NCBI GenBank assembly: GCA_963733095.1
Contig: CAVTBV010000013.1
Span: 32,001 to 96,000, forward strand
Source: Candidatus Bathyarchaeota archaeon
GTDB taxonomy: Archaea > Thermoproteota > Bathyarchaeia > Bathyarchaeales > Bathycorpusculaceae
Reading direction: 5' to 3'
DNA: 64,000 bases
Shown here: positions 20,894 to 31,068 of the stretch, one piece after another
Layout of the letters: every line of letters starts with the position of its first letter
Position numbering within the stretch: position 1 is the stretch's first letter
Program-made: the position numbers and the translations under genes
Notes under the pieces: generated by a model
Told to the model about the DNA's origin: nothing
The model's database searches: none
The model's input: only the letters and a program-made list of their open reading frames with translations

Positions 20894-21633
20894 TTTATCA
20901 CCTCTCTATCTTCTTCAGGATAATGACTGCTGTCACAAAACGGCTTGTTAGTGGATTTTCCGCAGCGACAAAGCGTCACGCGGTTCCTGACTTCATAGGG
21001 TTTTCCTTCAGCCGAGTAGATGGGTATTGCGCCGCGAACCCAAATCGGGCCGTCCCCTCCTATGCCTGGATCGTCAATTAACCCAATCGATTTTTCAAGT
21101 GACGGCTCAATTGTTTTTCCCGTTTCTTTATCTACAACTACCAATCGACCAGATGGGCAGTCGCAGGCGTTGTCAATTGCGTTTTTCTTTGCCCATGACT
21201 CGTCTGATTGGAGGACTACCTGCCATATATCGCCTCCTCGATGGCAGAATCGTGCAGACGCGCAAAGTATCTCAGCATCCTTTAGTATTAATTTTGGGCT
21301 ATCGATAACCTTCGCCATTTTTTCGTAAAGTTCATTGTCGCTGGTTTCTGTTCCGTCAAAGTTTACTTTTTTATGAGTTCCATCGCAGAAAGGTTTGGTC
21401 TTTGATTGTCCGCATCGGCAAAGAGAATAGCTTTCTTTGGTCTGCAGTTTTTCGCCCATCACCCATTTCGCAGGTATGCCCTTAGAATCGCATTGAATCA
21501 ACATTTTAATTAAAGGAATGTTTCCAGACACACGGTAGGGTCCATTTTTTAAGACTCGTATTTTGGAGTTATCGCTTGATTTTGCATTTTCTTTATTTTC
21601 CAAGGCTTCATCTCTCTCAAACAAATTAAGCAC
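20890..21633 (-). CDS. CDGSH iron-sulfur domain protein (two CDGSH domains flanking a Cys-rich middle domain)
   Basis: LCRCGQSKTKPFCDGTH, LCRCGKSTNKPFCDSSH, central C.SARFC..CPSGRL. Confidence 0.9.
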   Translation of the reverse strand: MLNLFERDEALENKENAKSSDNSKIRVLKNGPYRVSGNIPLIKMLIQCDSKGIPAKWVMGEKLQTKESYSLCRCGQSKTKPFCDGTHKKVNFDGTETSDNELYEKMAKVIDSPKLILKDAEILCASARFCHRGGDIWQVVLQSDESWAKKNAIDNACDCPSGRLVVVDKETGKTIEPSLEKSIGLIDDPGIGGDGPIWVRGAIPIYSAEGKPYEVRNRVTLCRCGKSTNKPFCDSSHYPEEDREVIK

Positions 21634-21854
21634 TAAAAATATTAACCGATTATTACTTCAAAAGAACCCTTCTCGGATAGTTAAATTTTTTGTAGTTTCA
21701 TTTTATTGCCAAAAAATATTCTTTAAATGCGAAACTATGCAGGAGGCTACAGTTAATGAATTAAGCTTGTTACTGATGTGTTGCAACCACAAAGTATATA
21801 TTAAATAAAAAATGACACTACTATTTGAGTGAATTTCTCATATATTGAAGGTTT

Positions 21855-22082
21855 TTGATGAAAATAGGTTTATTCAAGTTTTCTTTTCAAAATATTTGGC
21901 GATTTACAAAACTCATATTTGTAATTCAACTTTTCAACTTGGCTATAAGTTACTTCGTTTGGTTATCTTATGAGTACATTGTGTCAGGCTGGACAATTGT
22001 TGCATTATCTATTGGTTACACAGCAATAATCTTGGCAATTAAAAATGCTCAAGAAAACCAAGCCAGAGTAGCCTTCAAGTAA
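21855..22082 (+). CDS. Small 2-TM hypothetical protein
   Basis: Two hydrophobic stretches in 75 aa. Confidence 0.4.
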   Translation: MMKIGLFKFSFQNIWRFTKLIFVIQLFNLAISYFVWLSYEYIVSGWTIVALSIGYTAIILAIKNAQENQARVAFK

Positions 22083-22269
22083 GTAAAAATTTCGAAAACT
22101 TTTATTAACGCTTCAACCTTAGAAATTACAGTAAAATTCTACGTCAAAACCATGCAATCAGGTACGTTCTAATGCATTTTCTGTAAACTGCTGACTATGT
22201 TGTCAATGCAACGCAGTAACGTGGTTATCGAGCTACATGAAAACAGTTTTGGAAAGGAGGTGAATTGGT

Positions 22270-22833
22270 TTGTCTGAGGAAAAAAAGAAGAAAATGTACT
22301 ATTATTATGGCGGTAAAGAGAAAAAAGCTGGCGAAATCAAAAAACACGCCGAAGAAATTGCCCCTTTCTCTTCTAGTGCGTTTCAGCGGGATTTTGACAG
22401 AATGATGAAGAGTTTCCAACGTGAATTTGACGACTTCTGGGAAACGCCCTCGCGGTGGGGTCGTGGAATGCGGTGGAGGCATGGCTTTCCAATTATGCCT
22501 TTCAGAGATACAATGATGCCTTCAGTTGACCTTGAGGATCGCGGGAAGGATTTCCGTTTGACGGTGGATTTGCCCGGTTTTACCAAGGAAAATGTGGAAA
22601 TCGAAGTAACCGATGATTCAGTGGCAATTCAGGCGAAAAAAAGCGTTGAAGAAGAAGAGAAAAAGAAAAATTATGTTCGTCGTGAAAGAGCAGCTCAAAC
22701 TTTCTACCGTAGAGTTCAGTTGCCCGCAATGGTGCGGTCAGATGATGCAAAAGCAAACCTGAACAATGGCGTACTGGAGATTACGCTGCCCAAGAAAGAG
22801 CCAAAAGAAACCAAAAAAGTTGCCATAGAATAG
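22270..22833 (+). CDS. Hsp20/alpha-crystallin small heat-shock protein
   Basis: PSVDL.D, DLPG..KE, RRER....FYR.V.LP, A.LNNGVLEITLPK; GGAGGTGA SD. Confidence 0.93.
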   Translation: MSEEKKKKMYYYYGGKEKKAGEIKKHAEEIAPFSSSAFQRDFDRMMKSFQREFDDFWETPSRWGRGMRWRHGFPIMPFRDTMMPSVDLEDRGKDFRLTVDLPGFTKENVEIEVTDDSVAIQAKKSVEEEEKKKNYVRRERAAQTFYRRVQLPAMVRSDDAKANLNNGVLEITLPKKEPKETKKVAIE

Positions 22834-23045
22834 GCAGGGAAGGTTTTTTCTTTCCTTTTCTTGCTTAAAATTTTTTGTCAAATACATTAACCCAGTGTTT
22901 TACCATTTTAACGGGAGTCGTAGAACAATCATTCTTCTAATTCGTTATTTTTTATGGAGTTGCGAGAGAATTAAACAATAAAAAAGGTTATTGTTTCAGA
23001 AAGAATTTATTAGTATAAGTGCGTTATAAAACAAATGCGATAAAC

Positions 23046-23402
23046 ATGGATCCTCAATGCGAAATAATAGGCAAATATGTTCTACCAATTTTTAGGTCAA
23101 TGCTAGCCAAAGAACTCGTACAAAAATACCATCTCTCGCAGACAGAAGCCGCAAAAAAATTGGGCACCACCCAAGCCGCAGTAAGCCAATACCTAAGTTC
23201 AAAACGTGCTTACAAAGGCACTGAGCAAGTTGAGCAGTACTTGCCCAAAATACAAAGTATGGCTGCTGAAACTGCCCAAAAGCTTGTAAGTAATGAAATT
23301 GCAGCCAAAGATGTTACCTTTGATTTCTGCAAGCTCTGCGTCACTTTTTGTACAAAAGATTCAGTGAAAACTAACGTTCTAAGCCCTGAATATTACATTT
23401 GA
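23046..23402 (+). CDS. HTH transcriptional regulator (COG2522-like)
   Basis: PQCE....VLP..R..LAKEL, SQ.EAAKKLG.TQAAVSQYL..KR, C.LC. Confidence 0.8.
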   Translation: MDPQCEIIGKYVLPIFRSMLAKELVQKYHLSQTEAAKKLGTTQAAVSQYLSSKRAYKGTEQVEQYLPKIQSMAAETAQKLVSNEIAAKDVTFDFCKLCVTFCTKDSVKTNVLSPEYYI

Positions 23403-23416
23403 CACTCAAAGCAGGC

Positions 23417-23971
23417 TTAAAGCATCCGTAGCAAATCTGCTTTCGTAATGATGCCTACCACGACGCCTTTCTTTGATACTAAAACCGCCGAGTACGTCTG
23501 CAAAAGACTTGTGATTAGCGATAATGGTGCATCCTCGTTTATCTGAGGGAATGCTTCTTCCATGATGTCTTCTGTGGGCAATTTGGATATTTGTTCCAAG
23601 TCTTTTCCTGAAAGAATTTGATGCAGGATTGCTTTCTCTGAGATGCTGCCAACAGACTGTTTTCCACTGAACACGGGTAGTTGAGAGTAGCCGTGGTCTT
23701 TCATTATTTTTACGACTTCTGAGATTAGCTGGTCTTTTTGGATGCTTAGGACGTCCGTGTGAACTATCTTTTCTGTTTGAACTTTTGTTTTGAATTCTAA
23801 GCGTTCGAGCACGTCGAATATTGTTTTTACTGTGGTGTATGATGAATCTGTGGTGCCTGATTCGAGTTTGGCGATTAGTGATTGGCTGACGCCTGCCATT
23901 TTGGCTAATTCGGATTGTTTTAGGCATAGTTGTTTGCGGCGTTTGGCGATGTCTTCTATTGTGGGAAACAT
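23417..23971 (-). CDS. XRE-HTH plus CBS-pair regulator (COG3620-like)
   Basis: RRK.L.L.Q.ELA..AGVSQSLIAK.ESG; SQLPV, GIITKADLL. Confidence 0.88.
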   Translation of the reverse strand: MFPTIEDIAKRRKQLCLKQSELAKMAGVSQSLIAKLESGTTDSSYTTVKTIFDVLERLEFKTKVQTEKIVHTDVLSIQKDQLISEVVKIMKDHGYSQLPVFSGKQSVGSISEKAILHQILSGKDLEQISKLPTEDIMEEAFPQINEDAPLSLITSLLQTYSAVLVSKKGVVVGIITKADLLRML

Positions 23972-24082
23972 GGATAGTAATTGTTTTGCTCTGGTAATAT
24001 TCTTTTTGGAATATTTTTTGCAAGAACCAATATAACGCCGTTATTCATATTTTGTTTTAACCAAAAACAGAGGCAACAAAAA

Positions 24083-25384
24083 GTGCCAAACAAAAAAATA
24101 GACACAATAGCCCTCCACGCAGGGCAAGAAACTCCTGACCCAACCACAGGATCAAGAGCCGTCCCTATCTACCAGACCAGCTCATACGTATTCAAGAGCA
24201 CAGAGTATGCAGCAAACCTATTTGCCCTAAAAGAAATAGGAAACATTTACACCAGAATGAACAACCCTACAAACGATGTTTTCGAAAAAAGAGTCGCCGC
24301 CATCGAAGGCGGAACAGGAGCGTTAGCCGTAGCATCAGGTCAATCCGCAATATCACTGGCACTGTTAACCATAACCCAAGTAGGTGACGAAATCGTAGCA
24401 GCCAACAACCTCTACGGCGGAACCTACAGCCTACTCCACTACACCTTCCGCAAACTGGCCAGAACAACAACATTTGTTGACTCCCAGAAACCCAGCGAAT
24501 TCAAAAAAGCCATAACGTCCAAAACCCGCGCAATCTACGCTGAAACCATAGGAAACCCCAAACTCGACGTTCCTGACTTTGAGGCATTAGCAAAAATAGC
24601 CCATGAAGCAGGCGTACCCTTAGTTGTGGATAACACAGTTGGCGTAGGCTTAGTAAAACCAATCGACTTTGGCGCAGACATAATCGCAACTTCAGCAACC
24701 AAATACATCGGCGGGCATGGAACAAGCATCGGCGGTGTAATCGTTGACTCTGGCAAATTCAAATGGAACAACGGCAAATACCCGGAATTCACCGAGCCAG
24801 ACCCCAGCTACCATGGAGTAAAATACTGGGATAACTTTGGCAATTTTCCAGGCTTAGGAAACGTCGCCTTCATCATCAAAGCCCGAGTCCAACTCCTACG
24901 CGACTTAGGGCCAGCTTTAAGCCCCTTCAACGCCTTCCTGTTCCTCCAAGGGCTAGAAGATTTGCCACTAAGACAACGCAGACACTCTGAAAACGCCCTG
25001 CAGGTGGCTCAGTTCCTGAAAAATCACCCATTAGTTAGCTGGGTTAATTATCCAGGGTTAACTGACAACCCCAATCACAAGTTAGCCTCAAAATACCTCA
25101 AAAAACACTACGGCGGTTTAGTCGGCTTTGGCATCAAAGGCGGTTTAGCATCAGGCAAAAAATTCATCGAATCTGTAAAGCTACTCTCGCATCTAGCCAA
25201 CATCGGCGACGCAAAAAGCCTCGTCATCCACCCAGCATCAACCACACACCAGCAACTCACCACACAAGAACAAGCCACAACAGGCGTAACTCCCGACTAC
25301 ATCAGACTCTCAATCGGCATAGAAGACCCCGAAGACATAATCGCCGACATAGACCAAGCACTCAAAGTGTCAGCCAAGCCGTAA
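24083..25384 (+). CDS. metY: O-acetylhomoserine aminocarboxypropyltransferase
   Basis: [24 protein letters not shown] (PLP Lys), [23 protein letters not shown]. Confidence 0.93.
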   Translation: MPNKKIDTIALHAGQETPDPTTGSRAVPIYQTSSYVFKSTEYAANLFALKEIGNIYTRMNNPTNDVFEKRVAAIEGGTGALAVASGQSAISLALLTITQVGDEIVAANNLYGGTYSLLHYTFRKLARTTTFVDSQKPSEFKKAITSKTRAIYAETIGNPKLDVPDFEALAKIAHEAGVPLVVDNTVGVGLVKPIDFGADIIATSATKYIGGHGTSIGGVIVDSGKFKWNNGKYPEFTEPDPSYHGVKYWDNFGNFPGLGNVAFIIKARVQLLRDLGPALSPFNAFLFLQGLEDLPLRQRRHSENALQVAQFLKNHPLVSWVNYPGLTDNPNHKLASKYLKKHYGGLVGFGIKGGLASGKKFIESVKLLSHLANIGDAKSLVIHPASTTHQQLTTQEQATTGVTPDYIRLSIGIEDPEDIIADIDQALKVSAKP

Positions 25385-25406
25385 ATACCACAAATTTTTC
25401 TTTTTT

Positions 25407-26540
25407 ATGGAGGCAAATAAACTAATAACCAACGAAAAAACTGACCCAACCCAAAACTTCACTTTCGCTCATCCTCCAGATGAGTTAACGTTAGAATCAG
25501 GCGAAAAACTAGGCCCAATAACGCTTGCATACGAAACATACGGCAAACTTAATGCACAAAAATCAAACGCAATTCTGGTTCTTCATGCACTCACAGGGGA
25601 TGCTCATTCTGCTGGTCCAGGCGGGTGGTGGCAGAACCTTATCGGCTCAGGCAAAGGTATTAACACTGACAAGTATTTTGTGGTATGCAGCAATGTTGTT
25701 GGGGGCTGCAAAGGCTCCATCGGTCCCACTTCAATTAATCCAAAAACAGGAAAGCCGTATGGTCTTAGTTTTCCCTTAATCAGCATCGGCGATATAGTTC
25801 AAGCCCAAAAACATCTCATCGACCACTTGGGAATTGAGAAGCTTTTAGCCGTCATTGGCGGCTCAATGGGCGGCATGCAAGTTTTGCAATGGATGGTTTC
25901 TTACCCAAACAAAATTCGCTCAGCAATTCCCATCGCAACAACAATGAAACATACGCCACAGCAGATAGCCTTCAACGAAGTCGGACGGCAAGCAGTGATG
26001 TCTGACCCTGACTGGAAAAATGGTAACTATTACGACTATGATCCTCCCGCTAAGGGTTTAGCTCTTGCAAGGATGATTGGACACATAACTTACATGAGTG
26101 ACACTTCGATGACTGAGAAGTTTGGGAGAAAAACCCGTGCCGACAAAGAGCCCTTCAAATTCAGCGCTGACTACGAAGTTGAAGGTTACCTCCGCTACAG
26201 AGGCGACAACTTCGTTAAACGCTTCGATGCAAACAGCTACCTCTACCTAACAAAAGCCATCGACAACTTCAACCTCCTCAACGGACACCCCCTAAGTAGC
26301 GTATTTGGTGGCTTAAAGGCGAAAGTGCTGGTTTTAGCGTTCAAATCTGACTGGCTCTACCCAGCCTACCAAAGCCAAGAAATCGTTAAAGCCTGCAAAT
26401 TAGCAGGCGTAGAGGCAAGCTATTGCGAAATAAACAGCACCTACGGACACGACTCTTTCCTTTTAGAAACTGAGCAGGAAACGCAGCTAATCGGAGGCTT
26501 TCTAAAAGCTGTATCCAACACAGGTGGGAGCAACAACTAA
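25407..26540 (+). CDS. metX: Homoserine O-acetyltransferase
   Basis: [33 protein letters not shown]. Confidence 0.93.
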   Translation: MEANKLITNEKTDPTQNFTFAHPPDELTLESGEKLGPITLAYETYGKLNAQKSNAILVLHALTGDAHSAGPGGWWQNLIGSGKGINTDKYFVVCSNVVGGCKGSIGPTSINPKTGKPYGLSFPLISIGDIVQAQKHLIDHLGIEKLLAVIGGSMGGMQVLQWMVSYPNKIRSAIPIATTMKHTPQQIAFNEVGRQAVMSDPDWKNGNYYDYDPPAKGLALARMIGHITYMSDTSMTEKFGRKTRADKEPFKFSADYEVEGYLRYRGDNFVKRFDANSYLYLTKAIDNFNLLNGHPLSSVFGGLKAKVLVLAFKSDWLYPAYQSQEIVKACKLAGVEASYCEINSTYGHDSFLLETEQETQLIGGFLKAVSNTGGSNN

Positions 26541-26542
26541 AC

Positions 26543-27136
26543 ATGACAAAACAAACTCATGTAATCGAACACAGAGTCATTTCAAGCTGGGTTAGTAGCC
26601 GAGCATCCGTGTTAGATTTGGGCTGCGGCGATGGCGAACTACTTAATTTGCTAATTCGAAACAAGCAAGTGCACGCTCAGGGCGTTGAGCTAAGCGAACA
26701 AGCCATCCATAACTGCGTTGCAGCGGGATTAAGCGTGTTCCAACAAGACATCGACACGGGATTAACAGAATACGCCGACAAAAGCGTAGATTACGTTATT
26801 TTGAACCAGACGCTGCAGCAAGTCAAAAAACCAGATTTTGCCATAAAAGAAGCCCTACGCGTCGGCAAAAAAGTTATCGTTGGCTTCCCCAACTTCTGCT
26901 ACGTAACAGATAGGTTCCAGATTTTCTTCCGCGGAAAAGTCCCCGTTACCCCTTCACTACCCTACGAATGGTACGATACACCTAACCTGCACTTCCTAAG
27001 CATTGCAGACTTCAAAGAATACTGCAGAAAAAACCAACTAACCGTTGTGGATGCGGCGTTTATTTCAAAAAACCGTCTGGTTAGGTTTTTGCCCAATCTT
27101 TTTGGTGAAGTGGGGCTTTTTCTGCTTTCAACATAA
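26543..27136 (+). CDS. metW: Methionine biosynthesis protein MetW
   Basis: VLDLGCGDG, YVILNQTLQ, LPYEWYDTPNLH; follows metX. Confidence 0.92.
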   Translation: MTKQTHVIEHRVISSWVSSRASVLDLGCGDGELLNLLIRNKQVHAQGVELSEQAIHNCVAAGLSVFQQDIDTGLTEYADKSVDYVILNQTLQQVKKPDFAIKEALRVGKKVIVGFPNFCYVTDRFQIFFRGKVPVTPSLPYEWYDTPNLHFLSIADFKEYCRKNQLTVVDAAFISKNRLVRFLPNLFGEVGLFLLST

Positions 27137-27377
27137 AGCTCTCGTTTCTGAATTGAGTTACTAATAGGATCCAAAATACGCTCCAAATATGCTTGAAGCC
27201 TTTGTCGGGTTCCTTGTTTAGACCTCTTGAGTAGTAAAATTTTGTTAGTCAAGGAATCTTGACGAAAAAGGTTTTATTTCTAAGTCACTGAACTCACCCT
27301 TGAGCAATCCATGGGCAAAAATGTTAGCGGTTGTTTGCAAAAATATATGAAGACAGAGCACCAATGGGTTTGCATGG

Positions 27378-29006
27378 GTGGGGTTAGGTATTAAACAGCG
27401 GATGCTTCTCTGTTTATCTATTGCTTCCCTAGTCGTCGTTTACTTTCTTAGCGTACAAGTTGCTCCAACCGACTCCTGCTATGGTCCCTGCATAACTGCA
27501 GACATCGACAAAACTCAACTTAATATCAACCAAACCGTCACTGTGACCGGGCAAGTGTGTCCTCCCGCAGAAAATAAGACCATACGGGTTGCCTTCACAC
27601 GACCAGACTACACCTACGTTGAACAGTACGTGCTAACGGACCCAGTTACAGGAAATTTTAGTGTTACCCAAAAACTCGACATGGCGGGCTACTGGAACAT
27701 ATTTCCAATAGATGGTCACATCAGCGACAGATTATTTGCCCACGTAACTGACCCTGCAAACCCCAATGCACCATCTCCAACACCGAGCATAGCATTGCCA
27801 TACAAGCCCAACTGGTCAGTTATCGGCGTAACCGTTGCTTTTCTAAGTGCAGGCACCATTGTTTTGTTTTTTGGAACCCGAAACAAAACCCGAAAGATCA
27901 GTTCCCTGCGCTTGTTTGTCCAAATATGTTTAATCTTTGTTCTCTTTGCAGGAATATTCGTCGACCACTACGGTTTGCCCGTGCCTGCATCTCAGATTGC
28001 TCCTCACGAATTAGACATAGGAACCAGCGTGCTTGGCGTGGGTATGCCTGATGGGTTGCCTGCACCCTTCTTTGGCTGTTTCTATCCTTGCGGAAGAGTC
28101 TCGACTTGTGCGCTTTGGCAGATTCAAGCTTACATTTACCCGTTCTTTGATGTTGCCGGCGGTTGGGGCGTACATTACGACTCAACTGGGTTGGCAAGGT
28201 TAGCAGTGGTCTTTGGCATAATCATTCTGGCAGCGGTGGTTTTGGGAAGGTTTTGGTGCGGTTGGGTCTGCCCCTTTGGCTTATACGTGGATTTGATGAC
28301 GCGTCTGCGCAAAGCGTTGAAGATTAAGCGACGCAACTTTTCAGACAAGTTTAACGAGCGGTTCCACCAGTTAAGCTACCTCATACTAGCATTAATCATA
28401 ATTCTAAGCGTGGTCTTTGCTTCTCAAGCCCTCTCAGGCACCCAACTGGTAGCTGGAACCCAAAAAGGCGGATTCGTCTACACCTACTTCTCAGCGCCCT
28501 TCTGCCAAGTCTGCCCCATGAAACCCCTCTGCATCTTAACAGAGACCGGCGTAGGCTTAATGAAACCTGCATGGATAACCCAGAACACCACCGGACAATT
28601 CTGGCAACTAGGATACTACGTAACCTCAACCAACCTCATAATATTCGGCTTGGTTACGGCAGCAGCGTTCTTCTTCCGCCGGTCCTGGTGCAGAATATGT
28701 CCACTGGGCGCTTTGATTGCACTCTTTAACCGTTTTCCACCCTTCAAATGGGTCAGCGGCGTACGCCTAAACAAGATAGAGGAAAAATGCACCAAATGCG
28801 GCATATGCAAACGGGTTTGTCCCACCCAAGTAAAGGAGGTTTACGAGCAAAAAAGCGGCGACGTGGCGAGTTCGCAGTGTATTTACTGTTTGCGTTGCGT
28901 AGAGATGTGTCCCAACGAGGATTGTCTGCAGTTCAAGTTTGCGGGGAAGACCGTTTGTCGGTCGAGGAATTGGTTAAATAAATCTGACAGTGTAAGGATG
29001 GAATAA
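27378..29006 (+). CDS. NapH/MauN-like polytopic ferredoxin membrane protein with extracellular Ig-like N-domain
   Basis: Signal peptide; GRFWCGWVCPFG, FCQVCP, WCRICPLG, two CxxCxxCxxxCP motifs. Confidence 0.8.
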   Translation: MGLGIKQRMLLCLSIASLVVVYFLSVQVAPTDSCYGPCITADIDKTQLNINQTVTVTGQVCPPAENKTIRVAFTRPDYTYVEQYVLTDPVTGNFSVTQKLDMAGYWNIFPIDGHISDRLFAHVTDPANPNAPSPTPSIALPYKPNWSVIGVTVAFLSAGTIVLFFGTRNKTRKISSLRLFVQICLIFVLFAGIFVDHYGLPVPASQIAPHELDIGTSVLGVGMPDGLPAPFFGCFYPCGRVSTCALWQIQAYIYPFFDVAGGWGVHYDSTGLARLAVVFGIIILAAVVLGRFWCGWVCPFGLYVDLMTRLRKALKIKRRNFSDKFNERFHQLSYLILALIIILSVVFASQALSGTQLVAGTQKGGFVYTYFSAPFCQVCPMKPLCILTETGVGLMKPAWITQNTTGQFWQLGYYVTSTNLIIFGLVTAAAFFFRRSWCRICPLGALIALFNRFPPFKWVSGVRLNKIEEKCTKCGICKRVCPTQVKEVYEQKSGDVASSQCIYCLRCVEMCPNEDCLQFKFAGKTVCRSRNWLNKSDSVRME

Positions 29007-29938
29007 TGAAAGCGCTAAAAATCAAAAAAACGTTCGTATTGGTGGCGTTCTTCTTAGTGCTTACTTTAATACCCGCTGTTTGTGTAAAGCCTGCAAACCC
29101 TCAGGTGTCCCTCGCAACGGTTATTATTCTGCCTGACGGGTCCGTTTCGCCTTCAACCGCGCCGATTATGCAGAATGGAAACACCTACACCTTAACAGGC
29201 GACCTAAACGCCGCCATTAAAATTCAGAAAAGCAACATAGTACTAGATGGTGCTGGCTACACGCTCTCAGGCATATTCAACGGAAACTCAACCGACATTT
29301 GGGTAGTAGGAACAGGACCAGACCCAAATAAGCTGGATTACTACACAATTGGTGTCGATTTAGGCGGCAGCGACGTGGATGGAATTACTGTAAAGAACAT
29401 TAAAGTCGAAAACTTTAGCATCGGTATGTACATTTGGACCCAAAATAACACGGTGACGGAAAATTCTGTCTCAAACAACATCGTTGGCTTGCTCATTTCA
29501 GGATCAAATGGTACTATAACCAAAAATTATATCTCAGAAAACATAGACGGCCTCTTTTTTGGGTCCAACTCCGCTTCAGGAGAATCCCCACCCGACATGA
29601 TTGTTCACCAAAACTCATTCATAGAAAACAACGTGCAAATCAGCGGGTGCCAATGCAAAACCTACAACCTCACAGAAACCCCCCACTACTGGGATAACGG
29701 CAAAGCAGGCAACTACTGGAGCGACTACAACGGCACCGACGCCAACGGCGATGGCATAGGAGACACAGCTTACGTAATCGATCCGCTAGACCTCGACCGT
29801 TATCCACTTATGCAAAGTCCAGTCCAATCTACCCTTCAGACGGCAACAATTCCCCTTGAATCCATAACTTTTGGTGTCTTAGCGATGACTGTTGTGGTTG
29901 CTGCAGTGTTTGTCTATAGGCAAAGAAAGAAAAAGTAG
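29006..29938 (+). CDS. Secreted NosD/CASH right-handed beta-helix protein with C-terminal TM anchor
   Basis: Signal peptide; NIVLDGAG, WDNG..GNYWSDY.G.D.NGDGIGD..Y.I...D.YPL. Confidence 0.8.
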   Translation: MKALKIKKTFVLVAFFLVLTLIPAVCVKPANPQVSLATVIILPDGSVSPSTAPIMQNGNTYTLTGDLNAAIKIQKSNIVLDGAGYTLSGIFNGNSTDIWVVGTGPDPNKLDYYTIGVDLGGSDVDGITVKNIKVENFSIGMYIWTQNNTVTENSVSNNIVGLLISGSNGTITKNYISENIDGLFFGSNSASGESPPDMIVHQNSFIENNVQISGCQCKTYNLTETPHYWDNGKAGNYWSDYNGTDANGDGIGDTAYVIDPLDLDRYPLMQSPVQSTLQTATIPLESITFGVLAMTVVVAAVFVYRQRKKK

Positions 29939-29995
29939 GGTTGGTTGCGGTATTCTTTTATCTCAATTCCTAATTTACCTGTTAATGGTGATTTA

Positions 29996-30571
29996 GTGAA
30001 AGTTGTTGCCATTAATGGGAGTGCACGAAAAGACGGAAACACCGCCATACTAATCAAGCGTGTTTTGAGTGTTTTGGAGAGTGAAGGCATAGAAACCGAA
30101 TTAATCCAGCTTGCAGGCGAACAAATCCACGGTTGCACCGCATGCGGAATCTGCCAAAAAGTCCAGAACAAACAGTGCAAAATCGTAAACGACAACGTTA
30201 ACCTCTTTATCGAAAAGATGGCGGCGGCAGATGGCATAATTCTTGGGTCGCCCACATACTTTTCCATGATGACTACTGAGATGAAGGCGCTTATTGACCG
30301 TGCGGGGTTTGTGGGCAGGTCAAACGGGGACCTCTACAAACGCAAAGTCGGCGCTGCAGTCGTGGCCGTGAGGCGGGCAGGCGGCATACCAACCTTCGAC
30401 GCCATAAACCACTTCTTCCTCATCAACCAAATGATTGTTCCTGGCTCATCCTACTGGAACATAGGCGTGGGCTTAGCGAAGGGCGATGTGGAGAAAGACG
30501 AGGAAGGACTCAAAACCATGGATGACTTGGGCAAGAACATGGCGTGGCTACTCAAAAAAGTAAACTCTTAA
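29996..30571 (+). CDS. Iron-sulfur flavoprotein (Isf/flavodoxin family)
   Basis: [37 protein letters not shown]. Confidence 0.88.
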   Translation: MKVVAINGSARKDGNTAILIKRVLSVLESEGIETELIQLAGEQIHGCTACGICQKVQNKQCKIVNDNVNLFIEKMAAADGIILGSPTYFSMMTTEMKALIDRAGFVGRSNGDLYKRKVGAAVVAVRRAGGIPTFDAINHFFLINQMIVPGSSYWNIGVGLAKGDVEKDEEGLKTMDDLGKNMAWLLKKVNS

Positions 30572-30966
30572 CGCCACTGCATCATGAGTTCAACGCCAGG
30601 TATCTTCTTTCTCTCGTAGATTACGTCCATTATTTTTGAGAACCCAGTTATCGACACTAAGTAAATTGCACCGATAAAAATCCAGACATGCCCTCGGAGC
30701 GTGATTCCTGCAGCTGTCAAATCATAAAGCCCTACCAATGCTAGGGTGGAGGTGCTTTTTGTTCGGCGTCTTAAACTCTATTTTTCTGAAGGCCAGCATA
30801 ACTGCAAGCAGGGTGATGCAGGAAACGAGGAAACGCCAGAAAACAAACGTGAAAGGGTCGATGGTATTTAACCCACTCTTTATGATTGGAAACGAAGTAC
30901 CCCCGAGTGCGCCAGCCAAAATAGTGAGAAGACTGCTTTGGCTTTATTGCTAAACGGGTGGGGCAA
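30568..30966 (-). pseudogene. DMT/EamA transporter remnant (frameshift plus large internal deletion)
   Basis: N-terminal L.GTSFPIIKSGL..IDPFTFVFWRF joined to a C-terminal-like ..FIGAIYLVS segment; only about 400 bp. Confidence 0.6.
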
Positions 30967-31068
30967 GGGTTGTCTCCTTTCCCTGTTAGGCAGAGCTTCT
31001 TAGATAAAGCGTTTATGCCTAAAAAAATCGGGGGTGATATGAAAAAAGTTAGAAAAAAGTTGGGATAT

